A DNA stretch of 64,000 nucleotides from Paraspadella gotoi (taxonomy: Eukaryota; Animalia; Chaetognatha): contig CM119268.1 of NCBI GenBank assembly GCA_051294375.1, forward strand, positions 1,524,549-1,588,548. Direction: 5' to 3'. Positions within the stretch are counted from its first letter, which is position 1. Every line of letters begins with the position of its first letter. A model generated the notes under the pieces. The model searched no databases. It saw only the letters and a program-made list of their open reading frames with translations, and was not told where the DNA came from. The translations under genes and the position numbers were made by a program. Shown here piece by piece: positions 1 through 13,800 of the stretch.

Positions 1-301
1 AGTACGAGGAGACAGAAGGTCCGTGAATCAAGAGGAGATTCAAGTAATTCAAGGGAAAAGAGGAGAGGGAAAGGAGGAAGAAGAGGAGGAAACGGAACGA
101 CAACAACAACGACAACTACGAAGATTATGAGGACAAAGACGAAGCGCGAACACGACGACGATTACTACGAAATGACGACGACAAAGACATACGACAAAGA
201 CACTGGCTGCTCGACAATACAAAACCGGGTGAAGAGGAAATCGAAGCGTCACAAACGGAAAGGGAGAGAGAAAGAGAGAGAAAGAGAGAGTAGAGTAGAG
301 G

Positions 302-347
<46 letters not shown>

Positions 348-1719
348 GAGAGAGAGACAGTATTGTAATCTGAGAATATGCAAACGAACCCCGGGCGCTC
401 AAACTTGTCGGGACTCTAGACTTGAATCTCTTCGCGAGAGACTTCGTCTTCCGGTCTTCGATCAAGCGCCTTCAGGTTTTCTCGTTCGAGCGCTCATCTG
501 GTCGTCTCATTCTCAAGGTCGGCTTCTTAAAATCTTAGAATCACCGCGCGATTTCGTGAAAGAAAACTTGTATAGATTAAGGATCGATTTTGTTTAATTA
601 AGATTTAATACTTTTTTCTAAACTCTCCCCCACTAAAATGCCATTTGCGGTTCCATCCACGGTTCCATATTTGTCGCCTAGAAATCGATGGCATCGTAAA
701 TCCCACGATCCTCGACGCCATTGATGCCATAATCGATGCCACCCCCGCTGTGATAACCTATCGTTGCCGGCTGACACTGGAAAATCCCGCCTTATGAGGT
801 CATAAAAAGAAAACCGAGGCCGGGGTAGAGAGAGAGAGATAGGACAAAGGGGAGAGAGAGAGAGGACTGAGGGGGAGAAAGAGAGGACAGAGGTGAAAAA
901 AAAGAGAGGACAAAGGGGGAGAAATGGGGGAGAGAGAATCTTTGTGATAAGAACTCGTCGCTCTTTCGGATTTTATGGGAAGATTCATAAAATTTGATCA
1001 ATATTTAATTTGGAGAAGTTTGATGCGGAGAAGAAGAGATAATTTTTTTTTTTTTTCTAATGAAAATACTTTGGCCGTTAAAATAATCAAATAGGATGAA
1101 TTGCAAATTAAAATTACTTTTTGAACGAAAAGTTTTTCTCTTTCTATTGGATAATGGAAGAATAAATGATATATTTTCTTCAAATAATCGTCATTTTTCT
1201 CATTCGAATCGTTATATCTTGGAAATGTTTCAAGCTCTCTTTCTCTCCGTTCTTCGCTTTTCGGAAAAACGAATTCTTAGAAGAGTTTTATATTCGTTGC
1301 CATGACGACGCCGCCGCTGCCGACGCCGCTGCCTACGCCGCTGCCGATGTGACTCGCTTCTCCTGGCATCCAGTTTCTCACGAGAGTTTTCGTGAATCCG
1401 TCGCCAACTCGAACAGTGATTCTTTCAATTTAGTGAATCGACGCCACATTAGTTAGCAAACTAGCTGCGTCAATGACCGTCTTTATAATGAATTTAAAAA
1501 AAAACAATTTATGGATTAAGTTCGAGAACGAAATATTGGATAAAGTGAAAATAAAAAATAAATATATTTAAATAGTTAAGGATTATCACTAGAAAAGGCG
1601 AAGAGAAAATTTACAAACAAGTCTCGTTGTGACTCCTTCGGTTTTTCATTAATCGTCTCACTTTTATTCTTCTTTTCCTTCTCCCTCTTTCCTTCCCTTT
1701 CCTTACCTCTCATTTATTC

Positions 1720-2204
1720 TTTTCTATCCCACTTCCCCCTCTTCTCCCTTCTCCATCCCCACTTCCCACTTCCCCTCTTCTCCCTTCTCCATCCCACTTC
1801 CCACTTCCCCCTCTTCTCCCCTTCTCCCATCCCACTTCCCACTTCCCCCTCTTCTCCCCTTCTCCATCCCCTCTTCCCCCTCTTTTCCCCTCTTCATCCA
1901 CTTCCCACTTCCCCCTCTTCTCCCCCTCTCATCCCACTTCCCACTTCCCCCTCTTCTCCCCTCTCCATCCCACTTCCCACTTCCCCCTCTTCTCCCTCTC
2001 TCCATCCACTTCCCACTTCCCCATTTCTCCCCTCTCCATCCACTTCCTCCTCTTCTCCCTCTCTCCAACCCACTTCCACTTCCCCCTCTTCTCCCTCTCT
2101 CCATCCCACTTCCCACTTCCTCCTCTTCTCCCCTTCTCCATCCCACTTCCCACTTCCCCTCCCCCCCTCCTCTCTCCCCTTCCTTCCTCCACCCCTCTTC
2201 ATCC
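1720..2204. repeat. ~36-bp C/T-rich minisatellite (CCATCCCACTTCCCACTTCCCCCTCTTCTCCCCTCT) directly downstream of the IFT70 stop codon
   Basis: About a dozen imperfect tandem units are visible; G-rich on the transcribed strand. Confidence 0.9.
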
Positions 2205-2455
2205 GCTTCGTTCGCTCCTCTCCATGATTTCCCACAAGAGACTATGCAGAATCCGGGCCTCGTAGGCGACGGTGTTCTTCCGAGGATCGACGGGTCCGCG
2301 GGCGCCGGCCGGCGCGCCGGCGCCGGCGCCGCCCTCGATCGGCGCCTCCTCTCGGGCGCGGACGTCTTTGCCGTAAGTCTCGCAGTGTTCGAGGAATCCG
2401 CGAGATTCGTGGAGGATCCCGTCCTTGACCATGATCATGTGCTTCGACATGTTTT
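2199..2455 (-). CDS. IFT70: IFT70 exon 13, terminal coding exon (ENMSKHMIMVKDGILHE...FLEHCETYG...KNTVAYEARILHSLLWEIMERSERSG*)
   Basis: Acceptor ACCCAG|AA; TGA at 2199-2201; conserved C-terminal motifs. Confidence 0.93.
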
Positions 2456-4039
2456 CTGGGTGGGGGGGAGAGATCGATTGATTGATTGATTTATAGAACA
2501 GTTTGATTGATTGATTTAGAGAACAGTTTGATTGATTGATTATTTGATTATTTGTAAATAAATTCAATTAATGACAGTTTAAATTATTTCAGTTTAAACT
2601 TGATTGGCTGTTCCAATCATTTCTTTGATAGATTCATCAACTGATTGATTGAGCGATCGACAAATTTGGTTTTTTTTTGTTGATTCATTGATTTGTTTGA
2701 TTATAGATTTCATGAGTGCTTGGTTTATCGATCGACCGTTTGAAAAAAATGGATTGGTTGACAATTTTTTTAAAAAAATATATAATTGACCTAGCAGGGA
2801 GAGAAAGCATCTCTTTGCGTAGAACCAAGTATCGACTCCCAACTTCTTGCTGTAGGGTTCCAGACTCTTGATCACGCGGGAAATTCCGAACTCGTAGTTG
2901 CCTTTGGCGCAGTAGAGAGTCCCGATCACTAAATTGACGATGCAAAGGTGGTAGATCTAAGTTGGGGGGGGGGTGTGGAATGGAGGGGAGTGGGTGGTGA
3001 TTCAATTATTCACGGTGTTGTCGGGCATTGCTATAAGTTCACCCCGCCTATAAGCGTGACACCTTCAGTCGTGACCCGGTGGCTCATTGAATATTACCAT
3101 CAGCTCGTGACCATTAGGTACCGGGATCGATCCCCAAAAGTACCTACCCTGGGGGAAGCGTGAGGGCGGCCGTTAACCGCCTTCGGGGGCCTTGGAAAAC
3201 CCTCAAGCCTGGTTCCGGGCCCAGGACCCGTTCCATGGCTGCTAGTGGGAGTTGAAGAAGTTGCGGATTATCCACAACGGATGAATAACATGTAATTGTA
3301 TATAAGTATATATGCAAGTTAAGTTACATATACTTCAAAAAAACAGACTAAACGTACATGAACGAAGTTATAAATTGTAAGAAAAGTATTACTATTAAGT
3401 TGTTAACGAATTGACAACACGTAAGTCAGCAAAAGCTTGTCAACGAATTATCAATAATTAGACATTGGTCACGAATTGACTATATACATTTTGCCTATAT
3501 AAATCTCCCATACTCGACACTATATAATTATTATAATTATTAAAATTAACGAATTTTTTTTTCGTGAGTTCAAAGCAAATAGCGACGCAAAGTTGAAAGC
3601 GATGAAATCGGATTGTCTTTCGCGCAAAAATCTTCTTATGGTAATTACGAATGTATTCGCTCTTGACGAGTCACGTGACCAACTTATTCGCCGGCGAAAA
3701 ATAAAAATAAAAAAACGACGACGACGAAAAAGACGACGAAAACGACGACAAGAAAGACGACGAAAACGGCGACGACGAAAGCAACAACTAAAACTACGAT
3801 GAAAAAGACGACGACGACAAAAAAGACGACGAAAACAAAGACGACGACGACGACGACGACGACGAAAACGACGCTCCGCCGCATTCCGCTTGTAAAAGTA
3901 TTTTTTTTCTTTCCTTCGCTAATTTTGAAAAAGAAAGAAAAATCTTTTCATTTTGGTTGAACGAAGGCAAAGTCTCAAGGTCGGTGCTTTTTATTACCCC
4001 CTGCGTACCATTTAGACCCTTTTCAACAACAGACGAACG

Positions 4040-4085
<46 letters not shown>

Positions 4086-4644
4086 TCTCTCTCTCTCCTC
4101 TCTATCTCTCTATTTGCAATCGACCAAAACACTCACCAATCTCAGTCGAAATCAGCCCCAGTCGTCTCTCGTTGTCGTCGTCTTCGTTGTCGTCGTCTTC
4201 GTTGTCGTCGTCTCGTTGCGTCGTCTTCGTTGTCGTCGTCTTCGTTGTCGTCGTCTTCGTTGTCGTCGTCTTCGTTGTCGTCGTCTTTCGTCGTCGTCTA
4301 TCTTTGTCATCGTCGTCTTTCGTCGTCGTCTTTCGGTCATCGTCGTCTATCTTTGTCATTGTCGTCGTCGTCGCTCTCCAACTTCCGGTCATCAACTCCT
4401 CATTCAAGTCATCGACGCCACTCAGCTGCTTCTCCCATCTACCGGCGGAAATTGGCGTAACCGTTATCGACAATAAGACTTCGTTGAATCGAATCAGATC
4501 GACGCTGCTGTCGTTGTTGTCGTTGTTGTCATTGTTGTTGTCGTGGTCGCCGTTGCCCCAAATTTCAAGGCCCCTTCCATTAAATCGACGTCTCATCCAT
4601 TAAAAATAAGAAAAAGACGTTTTCGTTGTCGTCATCTTCATCGT

Positions 4645-4677
<33 letters not shown>

Positions 4678-4732
4678 TAATAAAATTTACAGTGAAATAA
4701 TTCTGGCGGAAAGAGTTGATGTGTTGGAATGG

Positions 4733-4811
<79 letters not shown>

Positions 4812-7800
4812 GAGAGAGGAATAAATGTTGGTAAGGAAAAAAGTAAGAGCTGTGAACGAATTGAATTATTGAAAAGAATTTTCAAATGGAAGTGAAATGA
4901 AAAGATTTGTTATTACTCTTAACTGACTGAATATGATTCATATTTGTTCATTTCATTAGTTAAAAATTCCTGACGTTTATGTTCCTAAATAACAAATCGA
5001 GAATACTGAGCTTGCCTTCCAGCAGCTTTTTTTGCAGAATTTCCCCGCCCCCTTATTTGATAATTCAATTTCAAANNNNNNNNNNNNNNNNNNNNNNNNN
5101 NNNNNNNNNNNNNNNNNNNNNNNNNNNNNNNNNNNNNNNNNNNNNNNNNNNNNNNNNNNNNNNNNNNNNNNNNNNNNNNNNNNNNNNNNNNNNNNNNNNN
5201 NNNNNNNNNNNNNNNNNNNNNTAATATATTTCAAGGTTTAGTGAGGTAACAAGCGCTTGCCAGATCATTGTTTTTTCTAATTTTTTTTCAAATCTGAAAT
5301 TTTTATTTTCTATTAGTTTTTCCTTAAATGATAAGTTTTAAATAGAAAAACTATAAAATGTGGCTGTGAAAAAGTTTTTCAAATTCTGATTGCTTAGACT
5401 CATACTTCAATGTCTATATATATATGTCTTTAAATTTTTTTACATTTCATTTTTTCATGAAAAAACATCTTACAACAGTAAGGTGGTATTCAAATGCAAA
5501 AAAATTTAATTTTTGAAAAAAAAAATAAAAAACGTCAGCAAAATTTTAAGTCGCTACAATTAATAATTTACAGTTTTTTATCTTTTCATTTCACTCCCAT
5601 TTGAAATCCGTGTATACTATTTAATATAGATTATACGAAAAGGCATTAAAAAGTGACAAAAAAGTTATCTATGAAATTGATACAACCGATGTTTTTCTCA
5701 CTACTGTGTGTTATCCTATTTAAGGCTCTTCATTCAAACCGGAGTGCCAGTCTGTCGGTCCGTCCGTTCGTCCGAAGCGCTGACGTCCAGGTCGTTGAGA
5801 AACGAGATTGAGGAGAAAACATTTGGGTTTGAATAGAAAGAGAAAATGGAAAAAGAAAAAGGAGGAAAACAAAAAGGAAAGAGAGGAAAGAAAATAGAAT
5901 GAAAAAGAAAAGAGAGAAAAGAAAATAGAATGAAAAAAGAAAGATAGGAAAGAAAATAGAATGAAAAAGGAAAGAGAGGAAAGAAAATAGAATGAAAAAG
6001 GAAAGAGAGGAAAGAAAATAGAATGAAAAAGGAAAGAGAGAAAAGAAAATAGAATGAAAAAGAAAAGAGAGAAAAGAAAATAGAATGAAAAAGGAAGGAG
6101 AGAAAAGAAAATAGAATGAAAAAGGAAAGAGAGAAGAGAAAATAGAATGAAAAAGTCGGTAGAGCACAGGACTCTTAATCCTGGGGTCGTGGGTTCGAGC
6201 CCCACATTGGGCGCCACTCTATCTGGGATGATGGTATCTTGGGTCTAACAAACAGAGTCGTCAAAGAGGAAAGCAAAAATGTAGGAAAGTATATGTACTA
6301 CTAAAAAGGCAAAAAAAAACGTCAGAAAAACTGGAGGGGAAAAATCGAAAGGAGCGGAGAGGAGGAAGTAGAGGAGAGAGAGTAGAAACGAGGAAGTGAA
6401 AACTGGGTGAGCCTCGAGCCCTGGGTGCTGGGAGGAGGAAGAGGAGGATGAATGCGAGGCTGACAAGACACGAGACTCGCGAAGAATGAAAAAGGAAAGA
6501 GAGGAAAGAAAATAGAATGAAAAAGAAAAGAGAGAAAAGAAAATAGAATGAAAAAGGAAAGTGAGAAAAGAAAATAGAATAAAAAAGGAAAGAGAGGAAA
6601 GAAAATAGAATGAAAAGGAAAGAGAGGAAAGAAAATAGAATGAAAAAGAAAAGAGAGAAAAGAAAATAGAATGAAAAAGGAAAGAGAGAAAAGAAAATAG
6701 AATGAAAAAAGAAAGAGAGTAAAGAAAATAAAATGAAAAAGGAAAGAGAGAAAAGAAATAGAATCAAAAAGGAAAGAGATGAAATAGAATAAAATGAAAA
6801 AGGAAAGAGAGAAAAGAAAATAGAATCAAAAGGAAAGAGAGAAAGAAATAATTTAAAAAGAAAAAGAGAAAAGAAAATCAAATGAAAAGGAAAAGAGGAT
6901 GAAATAGAATGAAAAAGAAGAGAGAAAGAAAAATAGAATGAAAATAGTAATGAAAAAGGAAAGAGAGAAAAGAAAATAGATGAAAAAGGAAAGAGAAGAA
7001 ATAGAATTTGAAAAAAAATAGTAATGAAAAAAAACGGAAAAGAGAGAAAGAAAATACGATGAACAAATGGAAGAGAGAAAAGAAAATAGAATGAAAAGGA
7101 AAGAGAGAAAAGAAATACAATGAAAAGGACAAGAGAGGAAACCGAAAATAGAATGAATAAATTAGATTCACGATAAATAGGAGAATAGAAAAGAAAATAG
7201 AATGAAAAAGGAAAGGGAAATGAAAATTAGAATGAAATAAAATATGAATGAAAAAGGAAAGAGAGAAAAGAAAATAGAATTGATTAAAAGGAAAAGAGAA
7301 AAGAAATATAGAATCACCAGAGGAGAGAGGAAGAGAAATAAATGAAAGGAAAGAGAGAAAAGGAAACGAATCAAATAAGGAAAGAGCAGAAAAGAAATAG
7401 AATGAAAAAAATATAATGAAAAGGAAAGAGAGATCACAGAAATAGATATGAAAATAAGTTGATAAGAGAGAAATAGAAAATATGAATCATAAAAAGGAAA
7501 GTAGGAAAAGAATTAAAATGAAATGGAGAGAGATAAGATACAATACGGAATCAAACAAGGAAGAGAGAAAAGAAATAAATTTAAAAAGCAAAAAGAGCAA
7601 AGAAAATAAGAAAAAGGGAAAGAAGGAAATGAAAAAATATAGATATGAAAAAGGAAAAGAGAAGGAAAGAAAATAGAATGAAAATAGAATGAAAAAGGAA
7701 AGAGAAGAAAAAGTAAATATAGGATGGAAGAACCGCGAAACGAGAGAGAAGAAAATAGACACTGCAAATAATATGAAGAAAAGGAAGAGAGAAAAGAAAT

Positions 7801-10800
7801 AGAAATGAAAAAGGAAAGAGAGAAAAGAAATCAGAATGAAAAAGGAAAGAGAGAAAAGAAATAAAATGAAAAAGGAAAGAGAGGAAAGAAAATAGAATGA
7901 AAAAATAGAATGAAAAAGGAAAGAGAGAAAAGAAAATAGAATGAAAAAGGAAAGAGAGAAAAGAAAATAGAATGAAAAAATAGAATGAAAAAGGAAAGAG
8001 AGAAAAGAAAATAGAATGAAAAAGGAAAGAGAGAAAAGAAAATAGAATCAAAGAGGAAAGAGAGAAAAGAAAATAAAATGAAAAAGGAAAGAGAGAAAAG
8101 AAAAAAGAATCAAAAAGGAAAGAGAGAAAAGAAAATAGAATGAAAAAATATAATGAAAAAGGAAAGAGAGAAAAGAAAATAGAATGAAAAANNNNNNNNN
8201 NNNNNNNNNNNNNNNNTAAGTTGATAAGAGAGAAATAGAAAATATGAATCATAAAAAGGAAAGTAGGAAAAGAATTAAAATGAAATGGAGAGAGATAAGA
8301 TACAATACGGAATCAAACAAGGAAGAGAGAAAAGAAATAAATTTAAAAAGCAAAAAGAGCAAAGAAAATAAGAAAAAGGGAAAGAAGGAAATGAAAAAAT
8401 ATAGATATGAAAAAGGAAAAGAGAAGGAAAGAAAATAGAATGAAAATAGAATGAAAAAGGAAAGAGAAGAAAAAGTAAATATAGGATGGAAGAACCGCGA
8501 AACGAGAGAGAAGAAAATAGACACTGCAAATAATATGAAGAAAAGGAAGAGAGAAAAGAAATAGAAATGAAAAAGGAAAGAGAGAAAAGAAATCAGAATG
8601 AAAAAGGAAAGAGAGAAAAGAAATAAAATGAAAAGGAAACGAGAGGAAAGAAAATCAGATGAAAAAATAGAATGAAAAAGGAAGAGAACGAAAGGAAAAT
8701 AATGCACACAAAGGAAAGGAGAGAAAAGAAAATAGAATGAAAAATAAGAATGAAAAAGGAAGGAGAGAAAAAATTATGTTATTAAAAAGGAAAGAGAGAA
8801 TTAAGAAAATAGAATCAAAGAGGAAATGAGAGAAAAGAAAATAAATGAAAAAGGAAAGAGAGAAAAGAAAAAGAATCAAAAAAAGGAATAGAGAGAAAAG
8901 AAATAGAATGAAAAATATTAATGAAAAAGGAAAGTTTTTAGGCGCCCGTGAAAAAGTTCAAGGGGAATAGGGGGTATATTGCTTAACACGAAAGAAGAGA
9001 CCCGCTTAAGAAAAAGAAATCCTGCAAAGAGTTACATCACCCACACCGCGGGTTAATAGAACCCGCCTTATGTAAATAGAAATCCATATAAGAAGATGAA
9101 GGAAGGGACGAATTGCGGGAGGAAAAAAGAAGGGGGGGAAGAGAAAAAAGGAGGCGGCCGCCCACCCCCCCGCCAGGACCCGGTACACCATGGGAAAGAA
9201 TAGGACAAACCTATTAAAGCGCAAAATAAAAAAAGAGAGAATTTTTATTACCAGACTTAATTTTTTTTATGGAAACGCACATTCTAAAAAGAAAGAGAAC
9301 CCAAAGCAACAATCAACATGAAAAGGAAAAAGAGGACACTGCAAAATAGAATTGAAAAGGAAGAGGAGGAAAGAAAAATAGAATGAAAATAAGATGAAAG
9401 GAAGAGAGAGAAAAATAGAATGAAAAGGGAAAGAAAGGAGATACAGAAATTCCTTAACTGGATAAAAACCGAAGAGAGAAAAAAAAATATAATTTCCGTT
9501 GGATTAAAAGTAAAAAATACCAAAACATGAAATGGAATCGGAGCTGGAGATCGGCCTGACTTAACGGACGGATGACAATCTGACATGACATCACGTTCGC
9601 CCCTTCCGCCCCCTCCGTTTCCTTCCGGGCCAACCTTTTTTGGGGGGAAAAACCCATCCAAAGAAAAAACCATGGAATTCCCTGGTTTTTTTTCCCCAAA
9701 GGGAACCCCTCGATTTTTTGGGTTTTTTTTCCCCTTCCCTTTTTTCCCCGGGCCCCCCGTCCCTTTTTCCCAACAAACCTTTTTCCCGGGTTGGGGAAAG
9801 GGGACCGCCTTTGCCCAAAACACTTTTCCGGGTCCCGTTTTTTTTTTTGGGGGCCCCGGGAAAATTTTTTGGGTCGGAAACAGGGATTTCTCCCCCCCCC
9901 CCCTATTCCTTAGAAAAAACGTTGGGGAGGGTTTTTCCCTCATTTCCAAGGAAGCAAAAACAAAGGATTCCCAACACCCAGGGGAAATTGCCTTTTTCTT
10001 TCCCCCCTTTTCGGACCCCCGAGAAAAAAAACCCCCCCTTTCTTTTTTTGGGGACAGGGAAACCTCCTCCCCCTTCAAAATGACGCGAGATAAGCCGGCC
10101 CAAGCCCTTTTTTTGAAAAAAAGGGTTTTGCCGTTGGGAAGGAAAGGTGGAAAACCTTTCCCGGGCTTTTATTATTTCCCCGCCCCCAAGAATTTTTTTC
10201 CTGGTTTCCCAAAAAAAAAAATTGGGGGGGAATGGGGAGGGCCGGAAATTCCCCCTAAATTTTGAAAAGAAAGCCCTCCAAACAAAGTTTTTCCCCCGCC
10301 CTTTTCATTGTTTCCCCCTCCCTAACTTTCCCGGATTGGAAAGGTTTTTGGTCCCCCCAAGATTGTTTCGGAAAGGATTGGTTTTTTTCCGGGGACTGGG
10401 GCGTCCCCCGGGGTCCCCCTTTTAATCCCGATTCTTTCCCTCCCGCGACGCTTATTCCCCTTCCTTTCCCCCCAAACCTTTGGGGCCCCCCCCCCCCTTC
10501 CTTTTCAATGGGTGGAAAATCCCATCGCAAAGTTTTTTTTTTTTGTTCCCCGGTTCCCAAAAATTTTTGGAAAAAAAAAGGGGGAACGGGTTTTTTAATC
10601 GTAAAAAAAAGGTCCCCCTTCCCTTTTTTGTTTTGGGCCAACCCCCGGTTTTCCTGGCCCCCTTGGTTTCCCAACCCAAAAAAACAAAAACCAACGCCCC
10701 CGTTAAAGTTCCCCCCCGGGCTGGGCTTTCCCCGCCAAAAAAAGAGGGGCCAAAAAATTCCGGTTTTTTGCCCCCTTTTTTTTTCCCTACATAAGAAACG

Positions 10801-13800
10801 ATTTTTAAAATTTCTTGAATTACTGGGGGGGAACCCTCCGCAAAAAAAGGAAGGAAAAGTGTTTCCTGGGTTTTGGAAACCCACTTTTCCTCCAACAGCC
10901 CCCTTTCCTTTTCGCCTTTGAAGGAAAAAAAATGGGCGGGGGGGTTTTTTCATCAAATCCCCATCCCCCAAAGAAGTTCAAAAAGTCCTGGGGTTGTCCC
11001 CCCGACGCAAAGTCCTTTTTTTCCAGTTTTTCTTTTGGGGGTTCCCTTCCTTCCCCAAATGAGGAAACCGGGGGATTATTTCCCCATGAAGTTTTTTTTG
11101 CCGCCTTTTTCCCCCTTTTGGGGGGACCCCGGAAGGAAATTTTTTTTGTCCCCCCACTTTTTCGCGAGATTGGGGGGGGCCCCCCCCCGAAACTCCCCCT
11201 CCTTCCCCTTGCCACACTAGAGGGCCCCACTTTTTTCCATCAGGCCCTTTTTTCCCAGGGTTTTTCCTTTTTCGCCCTGCCCTGGTCCCTTTGCCGACCC
11301 GCCAAAGGCCTCCCGTTTGGGCCAAAAGTCCCCCCGCCCCTTCAAAAAATCCCCCGTTTTGCCCCCCAAGAAAAAGCGGCAAAGGGAAAATTTCCCCAAC
11401 GCGAACCGTCCCAAATTCCCCGTTGGTTTCCTACCCCTCCAAAAAACGGGGAGGGAAAGGGAATTTTTTCTTTGGGGAAAAAAGAACAAGTCCCCCCCCT
11501 TCTTTTTTTTTCGGGAAGCCCGCCCCGAAAAGAAGTTTTTGGGAAGCTTTTTACCCGTTGGGGGGATGTTTTTCCAAAAGGCCCTTTTCGAGGAAAAAAT
11601 TTTTTCCGGGGAATTTTTGGCCCCCCCTTTGGCCTCCCGAAAAATGGATGGGTTTTTTTTTTTTTTTCCCTTCCCGGAATTCTTGCCGCGGAAAAAAGTG
11701 GGAAAAAAACGACGGAAATTTTGCCCCCCCCCCTTTCCCCAAGGAAAAGGGTTTTTTGGGGGCCCTTCCTTGGGTTTTCCCGCGGGGGCCCCCCCTTTCT
11801 TTTTTTTTTTCCACACGGGGGGAAAAAAAAAAAATTTTTTGGGAAAGTTTTTTGTTTTGGGATTTTTGCCCCCATTCTCCATTTATAAACTGGGTGGGGG
11901 AAGAGTTTTCAAAAAATGGTTCCTCCCTGCCTCAAACCTCAAAAGTTTTTCCCCCTGGCCCCGTTTCCCCTTCGGTTCCCCCCAAGCAGATCCAGGGCCC
12001 ACCCCTTTTGGCATCTTTTGGTGGAGAAAACCGACCAAGCTTTAAGTGGTCCCCCCGCTGGTTTGGTTTTTTTCCCCGGGCCCGCCTTTCCTGGCCCCCC
12101 AGCCCGCCCTCCACAGGGAAATTCCCTTTCAACGAAAGGTTTTTTTTTGGTTTTTTCCAGGGAATTCCTTTTTTCCTTCCTTCCCCCTTGGCTTTCCAAA
12201 GTCCCTCCCCTGCCAGAAAATTCCAAAACAAATTTTGGGGGTGGGGGAAAAAAAAAAACGCAAAACCAATTTTTCCAAAATCGGGAGGGGAAAAAAAGAA
12301 AAAAAAAAAAAAAATTTTGAAAAAAAATTCGCGGATGCCCAGCCCCAATCTTCCGGAAGGAAGAAAAAAGCAAAAAAAGTATTGTTCAAAAGATTGGGGG
12401 CCATCCTTCCCCTTTCTTCCCCCAAGGGGTTTTTTTTTTTTCGACGGAAATTTTTTTTTTCGGACCGCGTTTTCCCCCCTGGGGGGGTTTTTTGCCCCAG
12501 ATAGAAAAAATTCCTCTGGTTTTTTGCCCGGAAAAAGGGCGGCCCTCCCTCCCCCCGTCCAGTTTTCCCCTTCGCTTACTTTCCTCCCTTTTTGTAAAAA
12601 GATGGAAAGGAGGAAAACCCTTTCCCCCCCTTCCCCTCCGGAAAACTGGGGATGGCCCTAGTCCCCAAAAAGTTTTTTTTGGAAAATTTTTTGTTCCGAC
12701 AGGGGCCCCTTTTTTTACGTGGTTTTTTTTCCCCCCCCCCTCTTTTCCCGATTTTGGGGGAATTTTCCGAGGTTGGGGAATCCCCCCCCCTCAAAGTTTT
12801 TTGAAAAGGGAGGCCCCCCCCCAGGGGGAAAAAAGTTTTTTTCCCTTTCCTTGGTGGGAACCCGCCTTTTTTGGCCCAGCACCAGACAAAAAAAGTGGTT
12901 CTTCCCCCCCCCGGTGGGTTTTTTTGTTGGAAAACCTTTCCTTTTCGGGTTTGGGTTTTTTGGAAGTTTCTTCCGTCCTTCCCCGTGGGTTCCCCCTTTC
13001 CCGTTTCGATTTTGGGGTTGGGGTTTTTGGAACAAAAGGCCCCCCAAACGGAAAAAAACGCCTCCCCTCCCAAAAGCCTTCTCGGGAATCGGCCCCCTCA
13101 AAAGTTTTTTTTGGGGTTTCGTCTTGGGAAGGGATTTAATAGGAAAGGGCCCTCCCCGCACGGTTTCCCCCCCCTTCCCAAAAGAAAAAACCCCCTTCCA
13201 AAACAACTCCAGCTTTGTTTTTTCCCTCCAATTCCCCCGCTTTTCTCGGAACCCAAAGGCCTTTTTTGAAGGGGGAAAAATTTTCCTAAAAAGAAAAAAA
13301 TCCCCGTTAAAAACGACCAAAAAGGTCTGGGCGAATGGTTTTTTTTTTTTTTTGACCTTCCCTTCCCTTTTCAAAGCCCGGGGTAAAAAGGGGCCCCCTT
13401 TCCGAGGAAAAAAAAAAAACCCCATCCAAAAAGGCCCCCCGCCCTTTTTGAAAAGGGACGTTTCCCTTCCCGAGTAAAACCCTCCTTTCCCCCAAAAAAT
13501 TCCCCTCAGCGAAACCCGAACGGTTTCCCCCCCCCTGGGTTCTTATAAAAAAAGCAAACAAGTGGGAATTTTTGCCAACAGATCGGCAATCTTCCCCGAA
13601 ACCCTTTTTTGGCCCCTCAATGGGGAAAAAATGGGTCCCTTTCCAGTTGGGGGTCAAACCATTCCCCTTTTTTTTGGGGTTTTCTTGGGTTGGGCCCCCG
13701 TTTGCCCTGGAAAGGGTGGGGGGTTTTTTTTTTTCTTCCAAAAACCCGCACCTCCCCCCCCCTTTCGCGCCCCAAGGGATTTGTTCCCGGGCTTTTTGGG

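Larger units (their letters stand above)
5830..9430. repeat. 31-bp purine-rich satellite (GAAAATAGAATGAAAAAGGAAAGAGAGAAAA)n with degenerate stretches
   Basis: Period 31 measured directly (T at 5895 and 5926). It is interrupted at 6154-6480 and by a 25-N gap at 8192-8216. Confidence 0.95.

Noticed and set aside
127-597. 156-aa ORF at the window start
   Set aside because: It spans a (GA)n microsatellite and GAC repeats. The complex part (361-597) matches no family I recognise and lacks clear splice support.
4102-4603. Overlapping ORFs with poly-Thr/Asp/Ser/Arg/Val
   Set aside because: They derive from GAC/GTC trinucleotide tracts and have no recognisable domain.
6154-6216. Functional tRNA-Lys gene
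   Set aside because: The 5' acceptor strand and the start of the D arm/A box are missing.
5720-8879. Phe/Ser/Leu-rich membrane-protein-like ORFs
   Set aside because: They are translations of the 31-bp purine satellite.
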